A stretch of 64,000 bases of DNA from Candidatus Poribacteria bacterium (GCA_963663765.2 CAXXUA010000004.1:864001-928000); one strand, 5' to 3'; shown: positions 1 through 10,832, counted from the stretch's first letter. The notes: generated from the sequence alone by a model not told the origin. Program-made: numbers and translations.

Positions 1-444
1 CTCCACGTCTATACCTTCCCAGCGTAGTTTTATCTGGACCCGTGCTATCAGTTCATGGTTAGCGGATAGGTTATTCCATGTTCTCTCAGGAGTGCCTCGC
101 CATCCAGGTGGTAAAGGTGGATAGGGACCAAATCCAAAAGGAGAAACAGGCACATCCTCATCCTTATTATTCAGCATATCTGCTGTTTGAGACCTGTTCC
201 CTTCTATATTCTCTGCAATATTATTGTTATGTATAGCTTCATCGTTGACAGATTCAACCATTTTGGAAGTATCTGCTTTTTTCTGAGCTGCTTCCAATTG
301 ACGACGGTTTTCAGCAGATTCATCTGCCGCTTTTTTGTAAGGCGCAAGTTCATGCTGAGACCAGAAAATGCCCCCAAATACAAAAACAATCAACACAACG
401 CAAGCACCAATAAACCACTTGTCGGTCAAAATTGTGCGTAGCAT
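1..444 (-). CDS. Membrane-anchored hypothetical protein (VSPFGFGPYP family), paralog of 832..1557; 3' part runs off the window edge
   Basis: ATG at 444-442; reads MLRTILTDKWFIGACVVLIVFVFGG...VPVSPFGFGPYPPLPPGWRG, nearly identical to ORF 832..1557. Confidence 0.85.
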   Translation of the reverse strand, partial: MLRTILTDKWFIGACVVLIVFVFGGIFWSQHELAPYKKAADESAENRRQLEAAQKKADTSKMVESVNDEAIHNNNIAENIEGNRSQTADMLNNKDEDVPVSPFGFGPYPPLPPGWRGTPERTWNNLSANHELIARVQIKLRWEGIDVE

Positions 445-596
445 AATATTTAGGTAACCTCCAATTCAAGCAATTCAAGTTTTTAAATGACATAGGACAT
501 ACATTTTTTGAAACAGAAAAAACTAAAATAATAAGTGTCTCCATACTATTTTTAAGAATATACAATATGCAAAAAATCAAGTTAAAATTTCATTTT

Positions 597-818
597 TTAA
601 GTAAATTCCCATAATTTATCCATTGTCCTTATAATTCGTGTAAAAGCATAAAATTTTGTATTACATTCTATCGTTTCATTACCATCTTCTTCAATTTCAC
701 TGTCTACTACCCTTTTTCCAGCGAATTTTTCTCCGATAGTTGCTTTCTTCCAATCCGCTTGAAGTGGTGTAACCATCAGTATTGTAAAAAGAAATGTCCA
801 AAGTATTCGTAAAAACAT
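597..818 (-). pseudogene. Probable 5' remnant of a secreted protein gene cut at the duplication junction
   Basis: Strong SD (AAGGAGG) and signal peptide (MFLRILWTFLFTILMVTPLQA). The last codons run into sequence copied from the 3' end of the ABC ATPase gene (about 600-631 matches 1850-1880). Confidence 0.5.
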
Positions 819-831
819 TTTGTATCCTCCT

Positions 832-1557
832 TTATGGGGGTGTGAGACCTAAAAACTTGTATGGATCAACGCCCCCATCTTCGTAAGTTATGAGTTTGAT
901 GTCTGGTGGGATGTCTGCCTCGGTTAGAGAGTCATCTTCACCTCTATGGAACTTCGCTTCTCTGATAGCGTTCAGGCGAGTACCATCATCCGGATGTCCG
1001 GTACTTCCTGCAATATATTGATATTCGCCTGTCGGTGTATTTTCTGTTTCCCATCGAACATAGCGAGTACCTTTGATAATTGGGTATACCTTGCCATATT
1101 TCATAACTGTACCTCTTACGTCTATACCTTCCCAGCGTAGTTTTATCTGGACCCGTGCTATCAGTTCATGATTAGCAGATAAGTTATTCCATGTTCTCTC
1201 AGGGGTACCTCGCCACCCTGGTGGCAAAGGCGGATAGGGACCAAATCCAAAAGGAGAAACAGGCACTTCCCCATCCTTATTATCAAACATATCTGCTGTT
1301 TGATAATTGATACCTTCTTTATTCTTTGACACAGTATTGTCATCAACAACTTCATCATTGACAGATTCAACCATTTTGGAAGTATCTGCTTCTTTCTCAG
1401 CTGCTTCCAATTGACGATGCCTTTCAGCAGATTCATCTGCCGCTTTTTTGTAAGGCGCAAGTTCATGCTGAGACCAGAAAATGCCCCCAAATACAAAAAC
1501 AATCAACACAACGCAAGCACCAATAAACCACTTGTCGGTCAAAATTGAACGTAGCAT
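832..1557 (-). CDS. Membrane-anchored hypothetical protein (VSPFGFGPYP motif)
   Basis: 241-aa ORF with N-terminal TM helix, GGAGG SD and a tandem paralog. Confidence 0.85.
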   Translation of the reverse strand: MLRSILTDKWFIGACVVLIVFVFGGIFWSQHELAPYKKAADESAERHRQLEAAEKEADTSKMVESVNDEVVDDNTVSKNKEGINYQTADMFDNKDGEVPVSPFGFGPYPPLPPGWRGTPERTWNNLSANHELIARVQIKLRWEGIDVRGTVMKYGKVYPIIKGTRYVRWETENTPTGEYQYIAGSTGHPDDGTRLNAIREAKFHRGEDDSLTEADIPPDIKLITYEDGGVDPYKFLGLTPP

Positions 1558-1598
1558 AATATTTAGGTAACCTCCAATTCAAGCAATTCAAGTTTTTA

Positions 1599-1731
1599 TA
1601 GTAGATTTTAGAATTATTATTACACTTTCAGGTGTAGGAGGGAACTCCGATTCCCGACTATCAAGACGTTCAATCGCGATTCGGAGATCGCTCCTACAGA
1701 ACAAGTGTAAACTTAATTGTATATTTCACTA
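1599..1731. mobile_element. 133-bp MITE with TA target duplication carrying an inverted GTAG-REP doublet
   Basis: The empty site is visible in the paralogous copy at about 477-491; same-length copies at 11308..11440 and 61864..61996. Confidence 0.9.
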
Positions 1732-1864
1732 TAAATGACATAGGACATACATTTTTTGAAACAGAAAAAACTAAAATAATAAGGGTCTCCATACTATTTT
1801 TAAGAATATACAATATGCAAAACAATTAAGTTAAAATTTCATTTTTTTAATAAATTCCCATATT

Positions 1865-2908
1865 TTATCCATTGTCCTTAATTACAACCGCTTCAATTGG
1901 TTTCAAAACCACCTTGTCCCCGATTTGGAATTGCCGTTGAAAGTCAGTTTGTACAAAGTAATGTTTGCCACTCACCGCAACACGATATGTTAAATCATGT
2001 CCCTTGAATTCACGTGCAACGATGCTCCCTAATATTTTATTCATCGTATCGGAGGCATGCTTTTCAATGAGAATTTGTTCAGGACGAATTGAAAGCAGAA
2101 CATCAAGTGTATCAGGAAAATCTATCTCTAACGGACCGAATGGTGTATTAGCAACACCGTTTTTGATATCTGTTTCAATTATGTTGGTTTTACCCAAGAA
2201 ATTCGCGACATAAACAGTCTTCGGTTGTCGGTAGACATCTTCAGGAGTGCCAATCTGTTCTATTCTTCCACTGTTCATCACGGCAACCCGTTCAGCAAAA
2301 CTCAACGCCTCTTCTTGGTCGTGAGTCACCAGAATTACACTGATACCATAAGTCTTTAACACATCACGTACCTCTTCTCTTGTAGCTTCACGAAGTCCAG
2401 TATCAAGACTTGAAAAGGGTTCATCCAACAAAAGCAGCTTCGGTTGTGTCGCAAGCGAGCGTGCTAAAGCAACCCGTTGCTGTTCACCACCAGACAGATG
2501 ATGTGGCATCCGTTCATGTAGATGTGCAATCCCGACTCTTTCAAGGGTTTCCAATGCTGATGTGTGTCGTTCCTTTTTCGGTAGTTTACGGCTTAATCCG
2601 AATGCTGCATTATTCAAAACGTTCTTATCAGGAAAAAGCGCGTAATCTTGAAAAACAAATCCTATCCCACGCGATTCTGGCGGAACGTGCTTTTTCGCAT
2701 CAGCAAGGATACGGTCACCCATTGAGATTGATCCCGATTCTACCGTTTCAAATCCCGCAATTAATCGCAACGTAGTTGTTTTCCCGCATCCACTTGCACC
2801 AATAAGCGCGAAGATTTCTTCCGGAAAGACTTCAAAACTAACATCCGATACAACCGGCGTCGATGCAAATTGTTTCGTTATTGAGTTGACAGTGAGTAGG
2901 GGTGTCAT
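1865..2908 (-). CDS. ABC transporter ATP-binding protein (FbpC/PotA-like, C-terminal TOBE)
   Basis: Walker A GASGCGKT, LSGGEQQR signature, LLLLDEPF. Confidence 0.92.
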   Translation of the reverse strand: MTPLLTVNSITKQFASTPVVSDVSFEVFPEEIFALIGASGCGKTTTLRLIAGFETVESGSISMGDRILADAKKHVPPESRGIGFVFQDYALFPDKNVLNNAAFGLSRKLPKKERHTSALETLERVGIAHLHERMPHHLSGGEQQRVALARSLATQPKLLLLDEPFSSLDTGLREATREEVRDVLKTYGISVILVTHDQEEALSFAERVAVMNSGRIEQIGTPEDVYRQPKTVYVANFLGKTNIIETDIKNGVANTPFGPLEIDFPDTLDVLLSIRPEQILIEKHASDTMNKILGSIVAREFKGHDLTYRVAVSGKHYFVQTDFQRQFQIGDKVVLKPIEAVVIKDNG

Positions 2909-2935
2909 AGTGTATATTATAACGTACTTCTCGAC

Positions 2936-4867
2936 CTAAAGGGTATGTCCTGCCCCTGAAGATGGCATGTATAAATTCATCACAAAACTAATGATACTCA
3001 ATATACTTCGCGGCACGAAATCACCCAAAACCAATCCCAGAAAAAATGGGATAGCTTTACGATAGGTTTGCCAACCAGAGAACCTCAGGATCATAAATTT
3101 AACAAACCAACTCACCATAACAGGAAACCAAAAGTAGATAAGTCCTCCCCACGATGCCCCAGATAGCACATACCCAGAGGGATGTAAAGTCCACCACAAT
3201 AGTCGTGTCCGCAAAATGTTGAGTAGAAACACAAAACCGAAACCTGCCCCCATAAAGAAAACAGAACTGGTATTTGCTTCTCTCGGATGTTGCAACCATC
3301 GCTGCAGGGGGTTAAAACTCTCCCAACCAAAGTGCCCCACATGCCCTTGACATCTTGCAAGCACACCGTAGTGATAAGCCACATGCAGGTATGTCCAAAA
3401 AGTCGCAATTGCACCAACACCTATCGCCAACACCATGCAAATAAGCAACGTTTTGCCAGGTATACGTGCCTGATCTCCAATCCGCAACGATTCAATCTGG
3501 TTCGGCATCGGATGGGAACGATTACATCGGTTGAACGCATACAGAAATGTCATTACAGTAAGGTTTGCTGCCCCCAAAGTGCGTGTACCAAACGTATTTA
3601 CCATGATTTGCCGTGGGCTTATGCCAATTACTTCGTGGTAAGGTGGTCCCAATTCCGCACGCACGCGTCCAATAGCCAAAGCAAATGCCACAAATAATAG
3701 GTAAAACACACCAATTACCCATAAGGACATCCCAGCAAAATAGCAGAACAAGAATACCGCACCAACGCTTAGCATCGCAAGAACGGCAGTCGTTCTATAA
3801 GATATAGGTTCAGTGCTATCATCACCACGTTCCAATCCTACCACATGCCTGAAAAAACGGACGATGTGTCTACGTCCCATCCACAGTGTCAACACAGCAA
3901 TACCGATCCAGGCTCCTGATGCCCGATCATTTAGGTGAAGAGTACCTATATTATTTACACCAAGCGCACTCGCAATTACTCTCTCCGCACGTGTAAGCCA
4001 AAAGAAAAACCATGTTGAGAATGACAGATCAAGTGGCATGAAATAGGTCAATCCAACAATAGCAAGGTTGAAGGACATAGAAACATAACCCACTGCACTC
4101 CAAGGTCTATCTGTCAGAAGTCTATCAAGTCGGTAACTGGATGGAAATGCTGGGAAAACAGGAAATAAATCATGCAAACCTGCAATGACTCGCACCAGTG
4201 CAGCGATACCAATACCAATCCATAGTGCCCGAGATTTGAAAAAACTGCGGTTTGTCGTCATCTGCAAAGGTAATTGCGTGAGAGGAAAACTCAACTTTTC
4301 GCGCTCCATCCACTGTTTGCGTAAAAGTAATCCCAAACAGAGCAACGAACCATATAAGAGTAGAATAAATCCCGACCAAATAAGTGCAGGTCTCAACCAT
4401 ACACGCAGATGTTCAGAAAGATAAAGACTTGACTCCCCTTCATAATAACCTGTCAACCATTCAGGATCATGCACTGTCAACCATTGTGGAATATGATGCA
4501 AAAAGAGTTGTGACCACTCATTTTCTCCTGTTGCAAACCAGAAGGGATGCGCCAATGTTCCCATCAGAATAGCCATCATCGCATGACCGGAAATGGTGGA
4601 AACCATTGTCACCATAATATAGATTAACAATAGTTCGGCGGGAGTGAAAGCAATGTTGGGGGAGATTCTACGAAGGACAAAATTGAGTGCAAGCAGCACT
4701 ACCAAAGTAAAAACTGCATTGGAAAAAGGGGATACAAGCGTGTAGACTGCATACCAGAGTTCACTTGCAATGCCAACCCAATATGCATTAACGATGACAA
4801 GGAGAAGACCAACAATTATCGCTTTTTTGGTGATAACCTCGGTAGGGTTCGAGGAGGGTTGATTCAT
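2936..4867 (-). CDS. Polytopic membrane protein, DUF6785/DUF6784-like putative transporter
   Basis: 643 aa with many TM helices; motifs ELLLIY, QWMEREKLSFPL, WWTLHPSGY. Confidence 0.7.
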   Translation of the reverse strand: MNQPSSNPTEVITKKAIIVGLLLVIVNAYWVGIASELWYAVYTLVSPFSNAVFTLVVLLALNFVLRRISPNIAFTPAELLLIYIMVTMVSTISGHAMMAILMGTLAHPFWFATGENEWSQLFLHHIPQWLTVHDPEWLTGYYEGESSLYLSEHLRVWLRPALIWSGFILLLYGSLLCLGLLLRKQWMEREKLSFPLTQLPLQMTTNRSFFKSRALWIGIGIAALVRVIAGLHDLFPVFPAFPSSYRLDRLLTDRPWSAVGYVSMSFNLAIVGLTYFMPLDLSFSTWFFFWLTRAERVIASALGVNNIGTLHLNDRASGAWIGIAVLTLWMGRRHIVRFFRHVVGLERGDDSTEPISYRTTAVLAMLSVGAVFLFCYFAGMSLWVIGVFYLLFVAFALAIGRVRAELGPPYHEVIGISPRQIMVNTFGTRTLGAANLTVMTFLYAFNRCNRSHPMPNQIESLRIGDQARIPGKTLLICMVLAIGVGAIATFWTYLHVAYHYGVLARCQGHVGHFGWESFNPLQRWLQHPREANTSSVFFMGAGFGFVFLLNILRTRLLWWTLHPSGYVLSGASWGGLIYFWFPVMVSWFVKFMILRFSGWQTYRKAIPFFLGLVLGDFVPRSILSIISFVMNLYMPSSGAGHTL

Positions 4868-5125
4868 TTATCTGTTGGTTTTTTTCATTAATCGCAAATT
4901 ATACTAAAGTTTGGACAGTTTTAAGATTTTTTGGGACTAATCGTAGAAAAGAGGTTATCCTTTCAGAAATACAAAATACCTTGAAAAAATATTACAATTA
5001 AACCTATTTCCCACATAGATGCAATGTTATCAAATTATCAACCGGTTTGCAAGTTTAATCAGGGTTATTAAGGGTTATTTAGTTTTCAATGTATTGAGTA
5101 AATTCTATCAGAGTCGTTAATCCTT

Positions 5126-5305
5126 CAGGACTTACGCATCCAACGGTAGGCGGGGAATGCCTAAATGGCATTCATACCCGGGGAATGCCAAAAGGTATTC
5201 ATACCGTTGATTTCTTGATTTTGCGCTGGAAACTTAAAAAACGCTGAAAATTACATCATTTTCATCACAATTCTTGATTAATTCATGAAAACTGCGTAAG
5301 TCCTG
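5126..5305. mobile_element. MITE with CAGGACTTACGCA terminal inverted repeats
   Basis: 13-bp TIRs; family members at 20180..20301, about 48383..48497, 51302..51423 and 53031..53279. Confidence 0.8.
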
Positions 5306-5326
5306 ATCATGAGAATGTTTATATCT

Positions 5327-5485
5327 TATACCAATTCAAATAAATCTTGTCTCATTAAGGAATTCTACTGTTTACTGGCAGGGGGTTACTCTCTTCGGTA
5401 GGAGCGCCCTCACGGTCGCGACCGGGAGGGCGCTCCTACCAGATTTCCGCTGCTAATGAGACATCATCACATGAAAATGGTATTA
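5327..5485. mobile_element. 159-bp MITE with IS630-like TA-(A)TACC ends and an internal REP palindrome
   Basis: Near-identical inverted copy at 22378..22536. Confidence 0.8.
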
Positions 5486-5528
5486 GCTGGCGATGAAATT
5501 GACAGAAGCAAAGATGGAAAATACTCCA

Positions 5529-6497
5529 TTAAAACCCAAGCTGCTTATCCACAACATTCACCAATTCTTCACCCTTGAGATACCGTTCAAGATTATCTAA
5601 GAAGAACTCGGTGATACGCCGCATACGGTGCTGCGAACCACCCGCCGCGTGGGGTGTAATAATAACATTATCCATATCCCACAACGGGCTTTCTTTATCT
5701 AACGGTTCAATCTCTGTTACGTCTAATCCCGCACCACCAATTTTACCTGCTTGTAAGATTTCTATAAGGTCTGCTTCGTTAACAATCGGACCCCTGGCGA
5801 CATTGATGAGATAAGCAGTCGATTGCATGACTGACAAGTTATCAAAATTTATCAATCCGCGAGTCTCCTCAGTTAACGGACAAGCGATCATCACAACATC
5901 TACGCGACTCATCATGTCTTTGAGTTTGTCCATCGGTAAGAGTTCGTCCACATTTTCCGGTTTTTCAGTGCGGTAAGCATCTACAGCGATAACATGCATA
6001 TCAAATCCTCTTGCGCGTTTCACCATCTGCATACCTATACCGCCTAACCCGACAATACCGATTTTAAATCCATCAATCTCAATCATGGGTGATTTACTTC
6101 CACCCCATTTGTGGTTATCCTGATTACGAACAAAATGGTGTATACCGCGGGTTAAACCGAGGAGAAGTGCAAACGCTTGGTCAGCAACGTGTGTACCGTA
6201 AAGTCCAGCAGCGTTAGTCAAAATCACATCACTCTCGCGCATATTCGGATACATGTGTTTGTCCATACCAGCACTTGACGCTTGAACCCATTTCACATTG
6301 GATAGGTGTGGAAAAATGTCTTCGCTACAAAAACCAAAGAAAATATCAGTATCTTCGCATTCCAATACCAACTCTTCACGTGAAATTGGCAGAACGTAGG
6401 TATGTTTATCTCCAATAATATCTTCTAACCGCTTTAACTGTTCACCTTCAACTTTATGTTGTAATAATATCTTCATGTAAATCCTTTCGTTAGACAA
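5529..6497 (-). CDS. D-isomer-specific 2-hydroxyacid dehydrogenase (start probably at the second Met)
   Basis: GLGGIG Rossmann motif, INVARG, GAGLDV, ITPHAAG. Confidence 0.92.
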   Translation of the reverse strand: MSNERIYMKILLQHKVEGEQLKRLEDIIGDKHTYVLPISREELVLECEDTDIFFGFCSEDIFPHLSNVKWVQASSAGMDKHMYPNMRESDVILTNAAGLYGTHVADQAFALLLGLTRGIHHFVRNQDNHKWGGSKSPMIEIDGFKIGIVGLGGIGMQMVKRARGFDMHVIAVDAYRTEKPENVDELLPMDKLKDMMSRVDVVMIACPLTEETRGLINFDNLSVMQSTAYLINVARGPIVNEADLIEILQAGKIGGAGLDVTEIEPLDKESPLWDMDNVIITPHAAGGSQHRMRRITEFFLDNLERYLKGEELVNVVDKQLGF

Positions 6498-6510
6498 ATT
6501 CTGTTACGCC

Positions 6511-7404
6511 TTACCACGTGGGTGTGTCTGGTAGCAATTCTTGGTATTTTCTTAACAATTCGTCTGCATAACTGCCTGCATATTGCTCACTGAAAAACCT
6601 GTCTATGCCTTCGTCAAGGAAGTGTGCCCATGAAATGTCTTCAGCACCGGGATTGACAGGAAAGAAGAGTGCGTCTACGCTTCGTCCCGCTTTTAGGTCA
6701 CCTGGAGAATCACCAATCATTAAGACACGGTTTTCGGCATATTTGTCCTTTGTTGTGATAGTAAGATGTTCGGTTTTTGTTCCCATCTCCTGTCCAGCAA
6801 TTAGTGCTACATATTGTTCAATTTCGTGTTCATCCCATTCCCGTTTGAGTGCTTCGTCTGGTGTGGCTGAAACGACAATGACATCTGCTTTTCCCTGTAA
6901 ACGTTGCAGTGCTTCACGTACTCCAGGAAACGGAGGAAGATTGTAGACTATCTCCGCAACGCTTTCGTTCACGTCAAGACTCCATTGCATCACTTGACTT
7001 AACTCATCATGTCTTTCTTCAGAAGCGTTGTCAATTGCATCTTGAAGCGCAGGATTACCAAGTTTTGTTTCTGTTTCTACCCATTCTCGCAGATGAGAAA
7101 GTTCTGGTATTTCTAAACCCCTCTTCTGCACAAGGGACATTTCACGCAAGTAATCAAAAACGAGTAGAACTGCTTTAAATCGGTTTGTGCCGCGCATCGT
7201 GGAATAGAGATTGACAAAATCCCATGCTTGATGTACCTGCCGTGAAATTGCTGCCAATCCAAAATGTTTGACAACGTTGACGCTGAAGCAATCGTTGTGT
7301 TTGACCTCCATGCTATTGAAAACGCATCCGTCAGAATCGATGCCAACAAAAAAATCGTGTTGAGGTTTAAAGTCATATAATTCTTGTTGTGGATCTTGTG
7401 CCAT
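6511..7404 (-). CDS. HAD-superfamily hydrolase
   Basis: DxDG motif (IDSDGC) and IGDSPGD. Confidence 0.88.
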   Translation of the reverse strand: MAQDPQQELYDFKPQHDFFVGIDSDGCVFNSMEVKHNDCFSVNVVKHFGLAAISRQVHQAWDFVNLYSTMRGTNRFKAVLLVFDYLREMSLVQKRGLEIPELSHLREWVETETKLGNPALQDAIDNASEERHDELSQVMQWSLDVNESVAEIVYNLPPFPGVREALQRLQGKADVIVVSATPDEALKREWDEHEIEQYVALIAGQEMGTKTEHLTITTKDKYAENRVLMIGDSPGDLKAGRSVDALFFPVNPGAEDISWAHFLDEGIDRFFSEQYAGSYADELLRKYQELLPDTPTW

Positions 7405-7416
7405 ATATTCTCCTTT

Positions 7417-8880
7417 TTATTCTATAATAACTTCCGGTCGATTTTCTAACATCCATTCTGTATGGAATATGGTCGGTTCTCCATCTGCACCGACAACGGT
7501 GTTCCCATCTGCATCCAATTTATGGTAGGTATGAGCACCAAAATAATCACGCATCGCTTGAATAAGGTTAGCTGAGAGGCTGCTACTACGGTAGCTATCA
7601 AAATATGCTAACGCCGAACTGAATGCGGGAATTGGGACACCAAGTTGTGTAGCGGTACTAATGACATTCCGCCAGTGCGGTTGTGCTGTTTCTATCACAC
7701 CGCGAAAATAGGAGTCAAGCAATAGATTCGGCAGATCAGAATTGCGATCAAACGCCTCCGTAATGCGATGCAGAAACTTAGCACGAATGATACATCCACC
7801 ACGCCAACCTAAAGCGATTGTACCAAGGTCCAAATTCCATTCATATTCATTGCTTGCTTCGCGCATCAACGCGAAACCTTGTGCATAAGAACAGATTTTT
7901 GCAGCATAGAGCGCATCATGGATCGCCTGCAAGGCTGCCTCTCGGTTTCCATCAAAAGTACCTATCGGTCCTTTAATAACCTTGGAAGCATCAACGCGTT
8001 CACTCTTAATTGCAGAGATACAACGTGCAAAAACTGCTTCAGCGATTGTTGGTGCAGCTATACCGAGGTCTAAAGCTGATATACTGGTCCATTTTCCTGT
8101 CCCTTTTTGTCCTGCTTGGTCAAGAACGACATCAACAAATGGAACACCGTTTGCATCTTTTTGTGTAAAAATGTCCGCAGTAATTTCAATAAGATAGGAA
8201 TTAAGTTCACCCTGATTCCACTGCTTGAACACTGTATGCATCTCGTCAACGTTCATTCCCAAGATGTTTTTCATAAGTGAATATGCTTCACAAATCAACT
8301 GCATATCACCATATTCAATACCGTTATGCACCATTTTGACATAATGTCCAGCACCGTTGGGACCGATGTATGAACAGCAAGGTGTACCATCTACCTGCGC
8401 AGCGATTTTCGTGAAAATTGGTTCAACGAGTGAATACGCTTCTGCAGAACCCCCAGGCATCATTGCGGGTCCTTTTAATGCGCCTTCTTCTCCACCAGAG
8501 ATTCCTGTTCCAATAAATAAAATATCCTGTTCTGAAAGGTCAGTGTGCCTGCGGATGGTATCGTTGAAATTGGAATTACCACCATCAATAATCAGATCAC
8601 CTTTAGAAAGATGCGGAGCGAGTAACTCAATGAACGCATCAACAGGTTCACCTGCTTTTACCATCAAGATTATTTTACGTGGCGTGTCTAATTTTTCAAT
8701 AAACTCTGTGATAGAGTGCGTTCCGATGATGTTTTTTCCATCTGCTGCCCCTGATAAGAAGTCATCAACTCGAGAGACGGTTCGGTTAAAAACCGCTACT
8801 TCAAAACCCTTGCTTTCCATATTCAGTGCGAGGTTTTCACCCATCACTGCTAATCCGATGAGACCGATATCTGCTGCCAA
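7417..8880 (-). CDS. gnd: 6-phosphogluconate dehydrogenase (NADP+, decarboxylating)
   Basis: GLAVMG, MVHNGIEYGDMQ and QAMRDYFGAHTY motifs; start moved to TTG at 8880, which follows a GGAGG SD. Confidence 0.96.
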   Translation of the reverse strand: MAADIGLIGLAVMGENLALNMESKGFEVAVFNRTVSRVDDFLSGAADGKNIIGTHSITEFIEKLDTPRKIILMVKAGEPVDAFIELLAPHLSKGDLIIDGGNSNFNDTIRRHTDLSEQDILFIGTGISGGEEGALKGPAMMPGGSAEAYSLVEPIFTKIAAQVDGTPCCSYIGPNGAGHYVKMVHNGIEYGDMQLICEAYSLMKNILGMNVDEMHTVFKQWNQGELNSYLIEITADIFTQKDANGVPFVDVVLDQAGQKGTGKWTSISALDLGIAAPTIAEAVFARCISAIKSERVDASKVIKGPIGTFDGNREAALQAIHDALYAAKICSYAQGFALMREASNEYEWNLDLGTIALGWRGGCIIRAKFLHRITEAFDRNSDLPNLLLDSYFRGVIETAQPHWRNVISTATQLGVPIPAFSSALAYFDSYRSSSLSANLIQAMRDYFGAHTYHKLDADGNTVVGADGEPTIFHTEWMLENRPEVIIE

Positions 8881-8962
8881 ATTTATGTCCTCCAATGATG
8901 TTTTGTGCTTGTATATCATACACTGCAAGAAGCATAATGTCAACTGCAAATAATTGGTAAGT

Positions 8963-9426
8963 AACGACTTGTGCCAGTTAACTAAATGTTTATACTAAAT
9001 TCACATATATTGGGTATGGTATATAAACATTTCGTCCCTACTGGACTAAAGATCATCCAAAGCAAAAGAACGACGGTTAAATCCTCTTGTCTATGTGAAG
9101 TAATTTTTAATAAATACTTATTTAGCACAAGTCGCTACTTTCAGGCAATTGGTAATTTTTTCTGTACACGAATCTTGTCTATGACTGGGTTTTTCCGAAG
9201 ATAAAATTACCAATTTTACCAATTAGTAACTTAACGTAAATTGAGCAATATCCTGATTTGTGCCAGTTAACTAAATATTTATACTAAATTCACATATGTT
9301 GGGTATGATATATAAACATTTCGTCCCTACAGGACTGAAGATCGTTTCAACCTATGAGGGACACCTGCAAAACGTTATGCTTATGTGAAACAATGGTTTA
9401 CATAAAGTCATTTAGCACAACTCGTT
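8963..9426. mobile_element. Two tandem MITE copies with AACGA(C/G)TTGTGC ends carrying GTAGGGACG-type REPs
   Basis: Same family at about 22706..22984 (inverted), 48553..48779 and the end near 63538. Confidence 0.7.
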
Positions 9427-9586
9427 AAGTAATAAGTTTCAATATATTATAACGCAAGTTGCTACCTATAAGGTATAGACGAATAAACACCGTTTTTTAT
9501 AGAGTATAATACACTTTTCGGTAGTATTTGTAGCACAAACTGTATAATGATTAATTTATTAATTCGGTAATAAATTTTTCTCACAC

Positions 9587-10658
9587 GGTAGGCGTGCTTT
9601 GTAAGCGCGCTGTTGAGACGTGATGTGCCAGCGCGCTTACAAAGCAGGTCTACCATCGGGGCGCGCTTACAAAGCACGCCTGCAGTTGGGGGGCGCGCTT
9701 ACAAAGCACGTCTACCATCGGGGCGCGCTTACAAAGCACGTCTACCATCGGGGCGCGCTTACAAAGCATGCCTGCAGTTGGGGGGCGCGCTTACAAAGCA
9801 CGTCTGCAGGGGAGTGCATGTGGGGGGCGCGCTTACAAAGCACGCCTGCAGGGGAGTGCATGTGAGGGGCGCACTTACAAAGCACGCCTGCAGTTGGGGA
9901 GCGCGCTTACAAAGCACGCCTGCAGTTGGGGGGCGCGCTTACAAAGCACGCCTGCAGGGGGAGTGCAGTTGGGGGGCGCGCTTACAAAGCACGCCTGCAG
10001 GGGAGTGCATGTGAGGGGCGCACTTACAAAGCACGCCTGCAGTTGGGGAGCGCGCTTACAAAGCACGCCTGCAGTTGGGGGGCGCGCTTACAAAGCAGGT
10101 CTACCATCGGGGCGCGCTTACAAAGCACGCCTGCAGTTGGGGGGCGCGCTTACAAAGCACGCCTGCAGTTGGGGGGCGCGCTTACAAAGCACGTCTACCA
10201 TCGGGGTGCGCTTACAAAGCACGTCTACTATCGGGGCGCGCTTACAAAGCACGCCTGCAGTTGGGGAGCGCGCTTACAAAGCACGCCTGCAGGGGAGTGC
10301 ATGTGGGGGGCGCGCTTACAAAGCACGCCTGCAGTTGGGGAGCGCGCTTACAAAGCACGCCTGCAGTTGGGGAGCGCGCTTACAAAGCACGCCTGCAGGG
10401 GAGTGCAGTTGGGGGGGGCGCTTACAAAGCACGCCTACAGTTGGGGGGCGCGCTTACAAAGCACGCCTGCAGGAGAGTGCAAGTGGGGGGAGCGCTTACA
10501 AAGCACGCCTGCAGGAGAGTGCAAGTGGGGGGCGCGCTTACAAAGCACGCCTGCAGTTGGGGAGCGCGCTTACAAAGCACGCCTGCAGGGGAGTGCAGTT
10601 GGGGGGCGCGCTTACAAAGCACGTCTACCATCGGGGCGCGCTTACAAAGCACGCCTAC
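9587..10658. repeat. Head-to-tail array of about 30 copies of GCGCGCTTACAAAGCACG(C/T)CT (30/32/42-bp units), preceded by one inverted copy
   Basis: Counted by eye; the linkers come from three recurring types; the array is enclosed by two nested inverted-repeat pairs. Confidence 0.95.
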
Positions 10659-10832
10659 CAAGATGGGTTAGATTGAATTACCTAATTTATTTCTTAATCT
10701 TCATTTAGTTTGTGCATCTTTATGACTCAAACTAACAGTTTGTGCTACAAAATATAGGCTATTAATCAGCATTTTTTGATAATAGATGGTGTTTCTAGGT
10801 CTAATTATTGTAGATAGCAACTTGGGTTATTA

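Noticed and set aside
8881-8949. N-terminal extension of gnd from the ORF track
   Set aside because: SD plus TTG at 8880 matches the family start; the extension is not Gnd-like
8357-8953. Antisense ORFs over well-supported genes (also 33130..33711 and many others)
   Set aside because: Shadow frames of real genes with no independent evidence
9587-10658. CRISPR array
   Set aside because: Linkers are 9-21 nt, recurrent and related to each other; the repeat also occurs as dispersed singlets; no cas genes
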